This document shows positions 28,395-38,975 of a DNA stretch of 64,000 bases, piece by piece. Source of the DNA: Candidatus Omnitrophota bacterium (lineage in GTDB: Bacteria > Omnitrophota > Gorgyraeia > Gygaellales > Profunditerraquicolaceae); assembly GCA_030650425.1 (NCBI GenBank), contig JAUSED010000012.1:142107-206106 (forward strand), written 5' to 3'. The notes under the pieces were generated by a model. The model did no database searches and was not told the origin of the DNA. It was given only the letters and a program-made list of their open reading frames with translations. The position numbers and the translations under genes were made by a program. Each line of letters begins with the position of its first letter. Position 1 is the stretch's first letter.

Positions 28395-28793
28395 ATGGAG
28401 AGTAAGGCAAGGATTTTGATCATTGATGACGATCCGGATATCGTTCAGTCAATGCGGGTGGTCTTGGAAAGCAAGAATTACCGGGTAGAGAATGCCACTA
28501 GCGGGGAAGAAGGCCTGAGGATGGTTAAGGCGGAGAAACCGGATCTGGTTATACTTGATGTGATGATGGAGACCAGCGATAAAGGGTTTGATGTCGCCAG
28601 AAAGATCAAGTGGGATAAAGACTGTAAGGATATTCCCATACTTATGCTGACGGCAATAAAAGAAAATACCGGTTTGGATTTTAAGAATGAGGCAGGCGAT
28701 GAAGTATGGCTTCCGGTGGATGATTATTGCGATAAGCCGCTTGATCCCCAAGTTCTGATTTCCAAGGTCGAATCACTCACTAAGAGTAATTAA
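28395..28793 (+). CDS. Stand-alone response-regulator receiver protein
   Basis: ILIIDDDPDI…DLVILDVMM receiver motifs. Confidence 0.75.
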   Translation: MESKARILIIDDDPDIVQSMRVVLESKNYRVENATSGEEGLRMVKAEKPDLVILDVMMETSDKGFDVARKIKWDKDCKDIPILMLTAIKENTGLDFKNEAGDEVWLPVDDYCDKPLDPQVLISKVESLTKSN

Positions 28794-28800
28794 TTTCCTT

Positions 28801-30114
28801 ATGGGAATCGCTGCTGCGCGAGAAGGGTTGCTGGAAAGGCTCTATTGGCTCATAAAACTGAGATGGTTGGCTGTCTTGGGGGCTTTTTGCACAGTTTTAT
28901 TTGTTAACCATGGGCTTAAATTTAAGCTTCCAATTTTTCCGCTTTATGCTACAATTGCACTGCTCTTTATGGGAAATGTCGCGTTTTTTTTCCGGTTGAT
29001 TCGACTAAAGAATAAATCAGCGTTATCAATGAACCGGATTGCTAATGTCCAGATTGCCTTTGATCTTTTGGTTTTAGCTGTTTTGATACATTTTTCCGGT
29101 GGTATTGAAAATCCGTTTATCTTTTATTTTATATTTCATATGATTATTGCCAGCACGTTACTTTCGCGCAAGGCTTCTTTTTTACAGGCAACATTGGCCG
29201 CTGTTTTTTTCTTTGCCATGGTTAACTTGGAATATTTAGGTATCCTCCCGCATTACTGTTTAAAAGGTTTTATGATCGATTGCCAGCGCCATAACCCCAT
29301 TTATCTGGGAGGGGTTTCTTTTGTCTTGGTGAGCACTTTATATATTGCCGTATATTTCGCGACTTCCATTGCCAACAGATTAAAGCAGCGCGAAATGGCC
29401 TTAAATATCAGCAATGAACAATTGCGAGAGAAGGATAATGTGAAATCCGAGTATGTTTTGCGGGTTTCCCACGACATTAAGGAAGACCTTGCCGCGATCC
29501 AAGGCTGCCTTGAGCCGGTAGCCAGAGGTATTACCGGAGAGCTTAATCCGAAGCAGTTGGATTTGATCCAAAGGGCGACGCGAAGAACCGGAAGCCTTTT
29601 GTTTTTTATTAAGGCGCTATTAGAAATCACGCGCATGAAACTGAGCCGGGAAGTGAAAATGGATTATTTTTCTTTTAGCGAAACGCTTTCCGAAGCTGTC
29701 GCGCAGATTGCTTCTAAGGCGCTTGACAAAAATATTTCCTTGAATTTGTACTTAGAGCCAGGCATCAACAGGATAAGGGGGTCTAAGGAATATATTCAAG
29801 AAACCCTGGTTAATCTTTTGGCAAATTCAGTCAAGTATACGCCCCGTAACGGAAGAATTGATCTAAAGGGGAGCGATAAGGGTAACCGTATTTTAATCGA
29901 CATTTCCGATAACGGTATCGGGATCCCCAAAGGCGAATTACCGAAGATCTTCGAAGAGTTTTATCGGGCTTCCAACGCGAAAGAAGTGGAAAGAGACGGT
30001 ACAGGGCTGGGCCTTTCCATAGCCAAGCGTATCGTAGAAATACATAACGGTAAAATTTGGGTAGATTCGCAAGAGGGAAAGGGCAGTGTATTCCATATAG
30101 AATTACCCAAATAA
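28801..30114 (+). CDS. Membrane sensor histidine kinase (multi-TM sensor with HisKA and HATPase domains)
   Basis: H-box VSHDIKEDL. G-boxes DNGIGIP and GTGLGLSIAKRIVE. Confidence 0.8.
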   Translation: MGIAAAREGLLERLYWLIKLRWLAVLGAFCTVLFVNHGLKFKLPIFPLYATIALLFMGNVAFFFRLIRLKNKSALSMNRIANVQIAFDLLVLAVLIHFSGGIENPFIFYFIFHMIIASTLLSRKASFLQATLAAVFFFAMVNLEYLGILPHYCLKGFMIDCQRHNPIYLGGVSFVLVSTLYIAVYFATSIANRLKQREMALNISNEQLREKDNVKSEYVLRVSHDIKEDLAAIQGCLEPVARGITGELNPKQLDLIQRATRRTGSLLFFIKALLEITRMKLSREVKMDYFSFSETLSEAVAQIASKALDKNISLNLYLEPGINRIRGSKEYIQETLVNLLANSVKYTPRNGRIDLKGSDKGNRILIDISDNGIGIPKGELPKIFEEFYRASNAKEVERDGTGLGLSIAKRIVEIHNGKIWVDSQEGKGSVFHIELPK

Positions 30115-30130
30115 TCAGTGAAGGCGCCCG

Positions 30131-30904
30131 ATGGAAGAAAAAAACGGAAAATTTTCAGGATGGCATAAGAAATACGCTTCCTCAGATGTGATTATCGCAG
30201 GGGCCGGGCCAAGCGGGCTGATGGCAGCCTTGGATTTGGCAAGATTACACCTGAAGACGCTGGTTATCGAGCGTAATGATCATGCCGGAGGAAGATTGTG
30301 GACTAGTGATTTTTTGATCGATACCTCTTTGGCTGCCTCTGGATTTAGGGAGATCTTAGATGAGTTTAATATTCCTTATAAAAAAGGAAAAAACGGTTTA
30401 TATGTTAATGCCGGAGCAAATTTATCCTCAAAGCTTATTTCCGCCGCCTGTGATGCGGGGGTGAGAATCCTTAATATGGCGGAGTTTAATGAGATTATTT
30501 ATACTGATGGAAAGATAGAGGGAGTAGCGATGAATTGGAGTCCTGCTCTTTCATTGGAAGATGCGGTACGTACATCCGTTTCCGTTACTTTAAAGTCTAA
30601 GTTAGTTGTTGATGCTAGTGGAAGGGATGCCTGCGTTTTTAAAAGTCTGATTAAAAAAGGAATCGCCAGCACGGAAAAATACAGCCAAATAGATTTACGT
30701 AACGCTCAAACGCTATTACTGGAGAAAACAGGCCTGCTTTATCCGGGTTTGGCAGTTACGGGGATGGCTGTTTCAACGATTTATGGGATTCCTGCGGCAG
30801 GACTAAGTTTGGCTAGTTTGTTACTTTCGGGAAGAAAGGCAGCGCAGGAAGTAGAATTGTTTTTTGCGGAGGATTACTTGGGATTACAGAAGAGGCGCGC
30901 TTAA
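30131..30904 (+). CDS. thi4: Thi4-family thiazole biosynthesis-like flavoprotein
   Basis: DVIIAGAGPSGL…VVDASGRDA…YPGLAVTGMAVSTIYG pattern, typical of archaeal/bacterial Thi4. Confidence 0.55.
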   Translation: MEEKNGKFSGWHKKYASSDVIIAGAGPSGLMAALDLARLHLKTLVIERNDHAGGRLWTSDFLIDTSLAASGFREILDEFNIPYKKGKNGLYVNAGANLSSKLISAACDAGVRILNMAEFNEIIYTDGKIEGVAMNWSPALSLEDAVRTSVSVTLKSKLVVDASGRDACVFKSLIKKGIASTEKYSQIDLRNAQTLLLEKTGLLYPGLAVTGMAVSTIYGIPAAGLSLASLLLSGRKAAQEVELFFAEDYLGLQKRRA

Positions 30905-30906
30905 AG

Positions 30907-31263
30907 ATGATCGCTGATTACGGTTATGTAGGTTTATTTTTTCTCTTTGGGATAGTCTTTGTGGCTAGCGCATTTATTGTCTCTTGGCTGCTTAGGCCGC
31001 GGGCAGCCAACCCTGTCAAGAATTCTCCCTATGAATGCGGTGAAGCGGTGAAGGGAAATTCCTGGATTCAATTCAATGTGCATTATTACTTAATTGCGCT
31101 TATATTTGTTATATTTGATGTAGAAGTATTATTTCTTACGCCTTGGGCTATTATCTTGCGTGAATTAGGGCACGTGGCTTATGTCGAAATGCTGGTCTTT
31201 ATCGCGATCTTAATTTTTGGCCTGATTTATGCTTGGAAGAAAGGAGCTTTCGATTGGCAATAA
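30907..31263 (+). CDS. nuoA: NADH-quinone oxidoreductase subunit A
   Basis: PYECGE…FDVEVLFL motif. Confidence 0.85.
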   Translation: MIADYGYVGLFFLFGIVFVASAFIVSWLLRPRAANPVKNSPYECGEAVKGNSWIQFNVHYYLIALIFVIFDVEVLFLTPWAIILRELGHVAYVEMLVFIAILIFGLIYAWKKGAFDWQ

Positions 31264-31769
31264 CCGAACAAATCCCCGGAGCTGAATTTATCCATAAATT
31301 ACCGGGAGGCCCAGTAGTCTTAGCCTCTACGGAAAAAATATTTAAGTGGGCCAAATCCTCTTCATTATGGCCGTTGACTTTTGGGCTTGCCTGTTGCGCT
31401 ATCGAGATGATTGCCGCCGGCGCCTCACGTTTTGATATCGACAGGTTCGGGGCAGGGGTTTTTCGGGCCAGCCCCCGGCAGTGCGACGTAATGATTGTCG
31501 CCGGAACTATTTCCGTGAAGATGGGTGAGTGCGTAAAATTACTCTATGAGCAGATGCCTGAGCCAAAGTATGTGATGGCCTTAGGTAATTGCGCCATCTC
31601 AGGGGGGATTTTTTATTATGATACCTATTCGGTGGTCAAGGGAACCGAAAGCCTCGGCATCCCGGTTGATGTTTATATTCCCGGCTGCCCGCCGCGGCCG
31701 GAGAATCTTTTCTTTGGCTTAATGAAATTACAGGAAATAGTAAGGAAGGAAAGGCATGCGGCAAAGTAA
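31254..31769 (+). CDS. nuoB: NADH-quinone oxidoreductase subunit B. The start is refined to the TTG after the AAGGAG SD; the track start is 31233.
   Basis: GLACCAIEM, GNCAISGG and PGCPPRPE motifs. Confidence 0.85.
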   Translation: MAITEQIPGAEFIHKLPGGPVVLASTEKIFKWAKSSSLWPLTFGLACCAIEMIAAGASRFDIDRFGAGVFRASPRQCDVMIVAGTISVKMGECVKLLYEQMPEPKYVMALGNCAISGGIFYYDTYSVVKGTESLGIPVDVYIPGCPPRPENLFFGLMKLQEIVRKERHAAK

Positions 31770-32202
31770 AGTTTTTGAGTTGATCAAACTAAAATTTCCG
31801 CAAGTTAGCGAAGAAGATCTAACCAAGGCAGTGATCGTGCCTCAAGAATTGCTTCCGGCAGTGGCCAATTACTTAAAGGGGCAAGATTTATCTTTTGATA
31901 ATTTGCATTGCATTACCGCGGTGGATAGGCTGGAGCGGATAGAATTGGTTTATATCTTTTATTCTTTTAAAAACCGTCAACAGGCCATAGTTAAGGTTTA
32001 TTTACCTATTGACGCAGCGGAAGTGGAGAGCCTGACTAAGTTTTATCGCTCGGCAGATTGGTTTGAGCGGGAGGTTTACGATTTATTCGGCGTAAAATTT
32101 CTTAACCATCCTAATTTGGCGAGGATTCTTAATCCTCAAGACTGGAAGGGTTATCCTTTGAGAAAAAATTATACCAATCCAAATTTGATCAGAAAGCCAT
32201 GA
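31756..32202 (+). CDS. nuoC: NADH-quinone oxidoreductase subunit C
   Basis: ADWFEREVYDLFGVKF motif. Confidence 0.85.
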   Translation: MRQSKVFELIKLKFPQVSEEDLTKAVIVPQELLPAVANYLKGQDLSFDNLHCITAVDRLERIELVYIFYSFKNRQQAIVKVYLPIDAAEVESLTKFYRSADWFEREVYDLFGVKFLNHPNLARILNPQDWKGYPLRKNYTNPNLIRKP

Positions 32203-33311
32203 AAATGAGTAATATGCATAGCGAGCAGTTGTGTGTGAATATGGGGCCGCAGCATCCTTCTACCCACGGTGTACTATATTTAGATCTACGTTTAGATGGA
32301 GAAGAGGTTGTTGATTGCATTACGCATATTGGCTATCTGCACCGTTCAATGGAAAAGATAGCGGAAAATCGCACTTACACTCAATTTATTCCTTTTACTG
32401 ACCGCTTGGATTATGTAGCCTCGATGAATAATAATCTGGCCTATGTCTTGGCTGTAGAGAAACTGCTGAATTTAGATGTCCCTGAGCGGGCAAAATATAT
32501 CCGGGTTATTGTCGCCGAGTTAAACCGTATTGCCAGCCACTTACTGGCTATCGGCACCTTTGCGCAGGATTTAGGCGCTTTTGCCACGCCTTTGTTTTAT
32601 TGTTTTCGCGAACGCGAGAAAGTAATCGAGATCTTTGATGAAGTCTGCGGTAATCGGCTTACCTATAATTATATGCGTATCGGAGGAGTGCAATTTGACC
32701 TGCCTGAGGGTATAGACAGGCGGATTAAAGATTTTATAAAATATATGCGGCCGAAGATAAATGATTATGAAGGGCTTCTGACTAATAATCCCATATTTTT
32801 GGAGCGGACAAAGAATATAGGGATTTTATCCAAAGAAACGGCGATAAATTATAGTATAACCGGCCCGAACCTGCGCGCTTCAGGGGTACAATGGGATTTA
32901 AGAAAAGATGAGCCTTATTTGGTCTATGATAAATTCGAATTTGCTATACCCACAGGTAAAAATGGTGATATGTGGGATAGATATAGAGTGAGAATGGATG
33001 AACTTTCTCAAAGTTTGAAAATTATTGAACAGGCAATTGCAGGTATCCCTGAGGCTCAAGCAACGGTAAAAGCAGGCCGGATGATTAAGCCCGCGGCTGG
33101 AGAGGTTTATTTTAGGGCAGAAAGCCCTCGCGGAGAACTAGGGTTCTATATTGTTAGCGATGGCTCAGTCAATCCCTATAGGTTAAAGATAAGGGCTCCG
33201 TCATTTTCGAACTTAGCCGTACTCAGGGAGTTAGTTAAAGGGGTAAAGGTTGCCGATGTGGTGGGGATATTAGGGAGCCTGGATATTTTGATGGGAGAGA
33301 TAGACAGGTAA
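32199..33311 (+). CDS. nuoD: NADH-quinone oxidoreductase subunit D
   Basis: NMGPQHPSTHGVL…HIGYLHRSMEK motif. Confidence 0.9.
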   Translation: MKMSNMHSEQLCVNMGPQHPSTHGVLYLDLRLDGEEVVDCITHIGYLHRSMEKIAENRTYTQFIPFTDRLDYVASMNNNLAYVLAVEKLLNLDVPERAKYIRVIVAELNRIASHLLAIGTFAQDLGAFATPLFYCFREREKVIEIFDEVCGNRLTYNYMRIGGVQFDLPEGIDRRIKDFIKYMRPKINDYEGLLTNNPIFLERTKNIGILSKETAINYSITGPNLRASGVQWDLRKDEPYLVYDKFEFAIPTGKNGDMWDRYRVRMDELSQSLKIIEQAIAGIPEAQATVKAGRMIKPAAGEVYFRAESPRGELGFYIVSDGSVNPYRLKIRAPSFSNLAVLRELVKGVKVADVVGILGSLDILMGEIDR

Positions 33312-34273
33312 TGGTTACGCTTTCAAGCTTAATAGTCATGGTGTTGGTAGTTTCTGCAGTGCTGGGATTTATCTCAGCCTCTGCGATGTTTTTAATCTGG
33401 TGGGAGAGAAAGGTCTCTGCGCATATCCAAACTAGGTTTGGCCCCATGCGTGTTGGTTGGCACGGAGTCCTGCAACCCATCGCGGACGCTATTAAACTTC
33501 TCTGTAAAGAGGATATTGTGCCTGTTGGTGTGGATAAATGGGTTTGGTGGCTGGCACCTTTTTTTGTCACGGTTCCGGCAGTGATGGCCTTTGTGGCTAT
33601 TCCCTTTGGTAAGAATTTGATTGTTCAAGATTTAAATCTGGGGATTCTCTATATCATCGCGATAACTTCTACGGGTATTTTTGGGATATTTATGGCTGGC
33701 TGGGGCTCGAATAACAAATATTCCCTTTTAGGAGGGATGCGTTCCGCGGCCCAGATCATCAGTTACGAAATTCCCCTGCTCATATCGATCATTACCGTGC
33801 TTTTGTTTTCAGGCTCACTTTCTATGCAGAAGATTGTTACAGCTCAGGCAAAATATTGGTTTATCCTTAATCCCAGTCTTTTTGTGGCATTCTTCGTTTA
33901 TATAATTTCCGCGACCGCTGAGGTGAATCGCGCGCCCTTTGATCTCCCCGAAGCCGAATCAGAGCTGGTTGCCGGTTTTCATACCGAATATTCCGGGATG
34001 AAATTCGCGATGTTCTTCATCGCGGAGTATACCAACATGTTCACTATTTCTGCCATTGCCGCCACGCTTTTTCTGGGTGGGTGGAGAGGCCCGCTATTGC
34101 CCGGCCCGGTATGGTTTTTAATTAAAACTTACACGATTATCTTTGTATTGATGTGGGTGAGATGGACTTTTCCCCGGGTAAGAGTAGATCAACTGATGGG
34201 TTTTGCTTGGAAGGTCTTAACTCCCATATCTCTAGTGAATTTGATAATCGCGGGATGGTTTATACTTAAATGA
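33311..34273 (+). CDS. nuoH: NADH-quinone oxidoreductase subunit H. It follows nuoD directly; no nuoE, nuoF or nuoG is present.
   Basis: RFGPMRVGWHGVLQPIADAIKLL motif. Confidence 0.9.
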   Translation: MVTLSSLIVMVLVVSAVLGFISASAMFLIWWERKVSAHIQTRFGPMRVGWHGVLQPIADAIKLLCKEDIVPVGVDKWVWWLAPFFVTVPAVMAFVAIPFGKNLIVQDLNLGILYIIAITSTGIFGIFMAGWGSNNKYSLLGGMRSAAQIISYEIPLLISIITVLLFSGSLSMQKIVTAQAKYWFILNPSLFVAFFVYIISATAEVNRAPFDLPEAESELVAGFHTEYSGMKFAMFFIAEYTNMFTISAIAATLFLGGWRGPLLPGPVWFLIKTYTIIFVLMWVRWTFPRVRVDQLMGFAWKVLTPISLVNLIIAGWFILK

Positions 34274-34710
34274 AAAATTATTTTAAAAGATTAATCTTTG
34301 GCCCGATAGACCTTATTAAGGGGTTAATTGTCACATTTAGGAATCTTATTACTCCGGCGATAACCTTGCAGTATCCTACGCAAAAACAAGCGATGACCCA
34401 AAGATATAGGGGACTGATTGATTTGTATCCTGTTAAGTGTATTATGTGTTCTCAATGCGTTAAGATTTGTCCAACCAATTGCCTTGCGTTAACGCATAAG
34501 GAAGGGCCGGATAAAAAGAAGGAGCTGGAGAGTTTTAAATACAAGATGGAACTTTGCTGTTTTTGCGGGCTATGCGCGCAGGTTTGCCCCACAGCGGCTC
34601 TTTATATGAACAAGATCTATGAGATCGCGACTAGTAACCGTAAGGAATTAGAGATTAATTTATTAAATCCTGATAAATATGCAGAGTGGGCTCATCCAAC
34701 AGTTAGGTAA
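34270..34710 (+). CDS. nuoI: NADH-quinone oxidoreductase subunit I (2x4Fe-4S)
   Basis: CIMCSQCVKICP and CCFCGLCAQVCP motifs. Confidence 0.85.
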   Translation: MKNYFKRLIFGPIDLIKGLIVTFRNLITPAITLQYPTQKQAMTQRYRGLIDLYPVKCIMCSQCVKICPTNCLALTHKEGPDKKKELESFKYKMELCCFCGLCAQVCPTAALYMNKIYEIATSNRKELEINLLNPDKYAEWAHPTVR

Positions 34711-35236
34711 TTTAGGGCTGCCGCAACAAGATATAATCATTGCAACCTTTTATCTGGTCGCGGGCCTGACCGTATTTTTTGCCTTGCGCGTGGTCATCTC
34801 CAAAAATATCTTCCACAGCGCTATCTTTTTGGCGATGACCCTTATCGGCATAGCTTGCGTTTACTTATACCTAAACGCGGAATTCCTGGCCGTCGCGCAG
34901 GTATTAATTTATGTGGGAGCAATAGTAACCTTGTTTATCTTTGTGATTATGCTTACCGCCAATATCCAGGACCGCGCGATCAGACAGACCAATGAACAGG
35001 TGTTTATTTCAGCGGTAAGCGCGGCGGTCTTCCTGTTTATCTTAATCAAGGTAATCAAGAATAATCACTGGCAGTTGGCGGCTAATAAAGGTACGCAGAA
35101 TTTAGGCATCGCCCAACTGGGAAGGTCGCTAATGACCACCTATGTCTTGCCTTTTGAAATTATCTCTTTAATTTTAATTGCGGTATTAGTGGGTGCGATA
35201 GTCATCGCAAAATCGGATAAAAATGATACCACTTGA
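34679..35236 (+). CDS. nuoJ: NADH-quinone oxidoreductase subunit J
   Basis: Membrane subunit with a typical NuoJ hydrophobic profile, in its expected position. Confidence 0.75.
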   Translation: MQSGLIQQLGNLGLPQQDIIIATFYLVAGLTVFFALRVVISKNIFHSAIFLAMTLIGIACVYLYLNAEFLAVAQVLIYVGAIVTLFIFVIMLTANIQDRAIRQTNEQVFISAVSAAVFLFILIKVIKNNHWQLAANKGTQNLGIAQLGRSLMTTYVLPFEIISLILIAVLVGAIVIAKSDKNDTT

Positions 35237-35531
35237 GTCTTTTTTGATCTTAGGGGCAATTCTTTTTTCTATCGGCGTTTTTGGCGCTCTGACCAGGCGT
35301 AACGCCATCGGTATTCTTATCTCCATAGAATTAATCTTAAATGCCGCGAATATAAATTTTATTGCCTTTAATCAATTCCTGGGCAGCCCCGACTGTTTAG
35401 GCCAGATATTTACCTTATTAGTGATCACGATTGCCGCTGCCTCTGCTGTTATCGGCCTAGTTCTGGTAATCGCCCTTTACAGGAATACAAAAAATATCTT
35501 TGCGGAGAAGATAAACCTAATGAAATGGTAA
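35223..35531 (+). CDS. nuoK: NADH-quinone oxidoreductase subunit K
   Basis: GILISIELILNAANINF motif. Confidence 0.85.
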   Translation: MIPLESFLILGAILFSIGVFGALTRRNAIGILISIELILNAANINFIAFNQFLGSPDCLGQIFTLLVITIAAASAVIGLVLVIALYRNTKNIFAEKINLMKW

Positions 35532-37435
35532 ATTACGCGCATTTAATTCCCATATTTCCTTTTCTGGCTTTTACGGTGAATATTTTATTCGGCCGGAAAC
35601 TAAAAAAACTAAGCGCATTGATTTCTATTCTGGCTTCTGCCTGCGCCTTCTTATTTTCTTTACTGACGCTCTTGGGGTATTTAAACGGTAGGGGCTCATA
35701 CACTTTCTTAAACTGGTTCCAATGGAAGGGTTTTTCTTTAGACTTCGGGGTATTGATTGACCCTTTAAGCTGCACTATGCTTTTAGTGGTGACTTTCGTC
35801 GGCACGCTGATCCAGATTTATTCCATTGGTTATATGCATGATGATCCGCGCTTCTCAAGGTTTTTTGCCTATATTTCTCTGTTTACTGCCTCAATGCTGG
35901 GTTTAGTGCTGGCGGATAACCTGCTTCTTTTGTTCATCTTTTGGGAGGGTGTGGGTGTGTGTTCCTATCTTCTGATTTCTTTTTGGTTTGAACGCGAAAG
36001 CGCAGCCAATGCTGGTATGAAAGCATTTATTACCACACGTATCGGGGATATTGGGCTGCTTATAGGAATATTAATCCTATTTTCTGCGACGCACACCTTT
36101 AACTTTAGCGCTCTACAGGGGGCCAGTGGTAATTATACCTTATTTACGATTGCGGCATTTTTAATTTTTAGCGGCGCGGTAGGAAAATCCGCTCAATTTC
36201 CTTTACACGTATGGCTTCCTGATGCCATGGAGGGACCCACGCCGGTATCTGCGCTTATCCATGCCGCGACCATGGTTGCGGCCGGCGTATATCTGGTGGG
36301 CCGCACATTCTGGTTATTCTCCAGCCATCCGTTGGCCTTAAATTGGGTAGCTTATATCGGAGCGATAACCGCCTTATTTGCCGCATCAATTGCTACGGTG
36401 AATAATGATATCAAACGTATCCTCGCTTATTCTACTATCAGCCAGTTAGGTTTTATGATGATGGGTTTGGGGATGGGCGGGTATTCAGCCGGTATATTCC
36501 ACTTAGTTACGCATGCTTTTTTTAAGGCCCTGCTTTTCTTATGCGCCGGCAGTGTGATACACGCGGTTCATACTCAGGATATTCAGAAGATGGGAGGGCT
36601 GTTTTCAAAATTAAAAGTTACTGGAGCTACCTTTATCATTGCCAGTTTAGCTATTGCCGGCATACCGCCATTTGCCGGATTCTGGTCAAAAGATGAAATT
36701 CTTTCGGAAGCCTTACGAGCAGGGCATCCGGTTCTATTTAGTATAGGCATAGTGACCAGCCTGCTCACTGCTTTTTATATGTTTCGGCTAATCTTCTTGG
36801 TTCTCTTGGGAAAGGCGCGCTCAAAGCTCTCTGCGCATGAATCTCCTAGAGTGATGACCATACCTTTAAGCATACTGGCATTATGCGCCATAACCATCGG
36901 CTTGATCGGTTCACCTTTTATGCATTATGCCTTTCAAAACTTTATTCATCCTGAAGTAGAGAGCCTGAAACCGGATTATTTGGTAATGTTGGTTTCTACT
37001 CTGGTAGCGCTTTTAGGAATAGGTATTGCCTATTCATTCTATATCCTGAATAATAAGATATTACCCGTTGCTTTGCGCGCCAAATTCGCGCCATTTTATA
37101 GAGTTGTCTATAATAAATATTACGTAGATGAGATTTATGATGCTGTGTTTATCAAGCCCTGTATCGCGCTGGCTAAATTATCCAGTAAATTCGATTCAGG
37201 GATAATAGATGGGGCAGTTAATGGAACGGCCCGGGTAACGGTATTGGTAAGCCGGGTAAAGTCCTGGTTTGACCTGCGTATTATTGATGGCGTGGTAAAC
37301 TTGACTGCCAAGATCGTCAATGTTTTTTCGCGCTCTTTACGCTTGGCTCAGACTGGCCGCGTGCAGTCTTATCTCTTGGTGGGATTCTTGGGTTTAGTAA
37401 TTATTATACTTATTAAATTTATGGGGGGAATATGA
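35525..37435 (+). CDS. nuoL: NADH-quinone oxidoreductase subunit L
   Basis: Antiporter-like subunit, 636 aa, with an HLVTHAFFKALLF motif. Confidence 0.9.
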   Translation: MVNYAHLIPIFPFLAFTVNILFGRKLKKLSALISILASACAFLFSLLTLLGYLNGRGSYTFLNWFQWKGFSLDFGVLIDPLSCTMLLVVTFVGTLIQIYSIGYMHDDPRFSRFFAYISLFTASMLGLVLADNLLLLFIFWEGVGVCSYLLISFWFERESAANAGMKAFITTRIGDIGLLIGILILFSATHTFNFSALQGASGNYTLFTIAAFLIFSGAVGKSAQFPLHVWLPDAMEGPTPVSALIHAATMVAAGVYLVGRTFWLFSSHPLALNWVAYIGAITALFAASIATVNNDIKRILAYSTISQLGFMMMGLGMGGYSAGIFHLVTHAFFKALLFLCAGSVIHAVHTQDIQKMGGLFSKLKVTGATFIIASLAIAGIPPFAGFWSKDEILSEALRAGHPVLFSIGIVTSLLTAFYMFRLIFLVLLGKARSKLSAHESPRVMTIPLSILALCAITIGLIGSPFMHYAFQNFIHPEVESLKPDYLVMLVSTLVALLGIGIAYSFYILNNKILPVALRAKFAPFYRVVYNKYYVDEIYDAVFIKPCIALAKLSSKFDSGIIDGAVNGTARVTVLVSRVKSWFDLRIIDGVVNLTAKIVNVFSRSLRLAQTGRVQSYLLVGFLGLVIIILIKFMGGI

Positions 37436-38910
37436 ATTTTCCGATTTTAACTTATATCATTGCTAGTACGGTTTTAGGCGCGCTTGTTGTTTTATGTATT
37501 CCAAAGAAAAACGTATTTCTGATCAAAACGGTTGCCACTATTTCCACGGGCATCGTACTTTTACTTTCCATCTTCTTAGTTGCAAAATTTAATCTGGCCA
37601 ATACGGATATGCAGTTTCAGGAAAAAATAATCTGGATTCCGCAGATAAATATTTGGTATCATCTTGGCCTTGACGGGATAAGCATCGGCTTGATTTTTCT
37701 GACCAGCTTATTGGGATTTTTAGCTTGTATTGCTTCTTACCGGATAAACACAAGAGAGAAGGAGTATTTTTTCTTTTATCTTTTACTGAATACCGGGATG
37801 CTCGGGACATTTATGGCCCTGGATTTGTTTTTGTTCTATATATTCTGGGAAATTGTGCTGGTGCCGATGTATTTCCTGATTGCCATCTGGGGCGGCCCGA
37901 GAAAAGAATACGCGGCGATTAAATTCTTCCTCTATACCTTGGCCGGCTCGGTATTTATGCTCTTGGGCATAATCGCGCTTTATTTTACCTCCAATCCGCA
38001 TACCTTCAATATGCTGGAGTTGGCCAAACCAACTCAAGCCTTGGCCTTAGGCCTGCAAATAGTAATCTTTATTGCCTTCTTTTTAGGATTCGCGGTCAAA
38101 GTTCCCTTATTTCCTTTTCATACCTGGCTTCCCGATGCGCACGTGGAGGCGCCGACTCCAATCAGCGTTCTCCTCGCCGGAGTTTTACTGAAGATGGGAG
38201 GGTACGGATTTTTCAGGATCAGTTTTCCTATTCTCAAAGAAGCCGCGCATTATTTTGCTCTGCCTTTGGCAATTTTAGCGGTGATCAATATAATTTATGC
38301 GGCCTTTGTAGCGATGGCCCAGCGCGATTTTAAAAAAATGGTGGCTTATTCATCGGTTAGCCATATGGGATTTGTCATTCTGGGATTGGCGAGTATGACG
38401 ATAACCGGGTTTAATGGGGCGTTATTAGAGATGTTTAATCACGGCATCATCACCGGCGCAATGTTTTTATTGGTTGGCGTGCTTTATGAGCGTACGCATA
38501 CCCGGGAACTGGATGCCTTCGGAGGATTAGGCGCGAAAATGCCGGTTTACGCGGGATTTCTGACCATCTTTACCTTGGCTTCCTTGGGGCTGCCCGGCTT
38601 AAGCGGATTTGTCAGCGAATTTCTCTCTTTATTAGGGGCTTATCCGGTCTTCAAATTAATCACCATCATTTCGGTTCTAGGAATGGTGATTACCGCGGGT
38701 TATTTCCTATATATGTTACAACGTGTGCTCTTGGGTAAATTAAATGAAAAGTGGGTAAATATTATAGATATGAACAAGGTAGAATTGCTCACTCTCCTGC
38801 CTCTGACACTTATCGTAATAGCGGTAGGAGTCTATCCGCTGGTTGTCTTGAAATATCAGTCATCGTCAATTAGTTTACTGGTAGGGAAGTTAGGGGGTTT
38901 CTTATTTTAA
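37432..38910 (+). CDS. nuoM: NADH-quinone oxidoreductase subunit M
   Basis: Antiporter-like subunit with a WLPDAHVEAPTP motif. Confidence 0.9.
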   Translation: MNFPILTYIIASTVLGALVVLCIPKKNVFLIKTVATISTGIVLLLSIFLVAKFNLANTDMQFQEKIIWIPQINIWYHLGLDGISIGLIFLTSLLGFLACIASYRINTREKEYFFFYLLLNTGMLGTFMALDLFLFYIFWEIVLVPMYFLIAIWGGPRKEYAAIKFFLYTLAGSVFMLLGIIALYFTSNPHTFNMLELAKPTQALALGLQIVIFIAFFLGFAVKVPLFPFHTWLPDAHVEAPTPISVLLAGVLLKMGGYGFFRISFPILKEAAHYFALPLAILAVINIIYAAFVAMAQRDFKKMVAYSSVSHMGFVILGLASMTITGFNGALLEMFNHGIITGAMFLLVGVLYERTHTRELDAFGGLGAKMPVYAGFLTIFTLASLGLPGLSGFVSEFLSLLGAYPVFKLITIISVLGMVITAGYFLYMLQRVLLGKLNEKWVNIIDMNKVELLTLLPLTLIVIAVGVYPLVVLKYQSSSISLLVGKLGGFLF

Positions 38911-38975
38911 ATTTAGCTGAAAGCATAAAATATATCTATCCGGAAATAATCCTGCTTGTTTTTGCGCTGGCCATC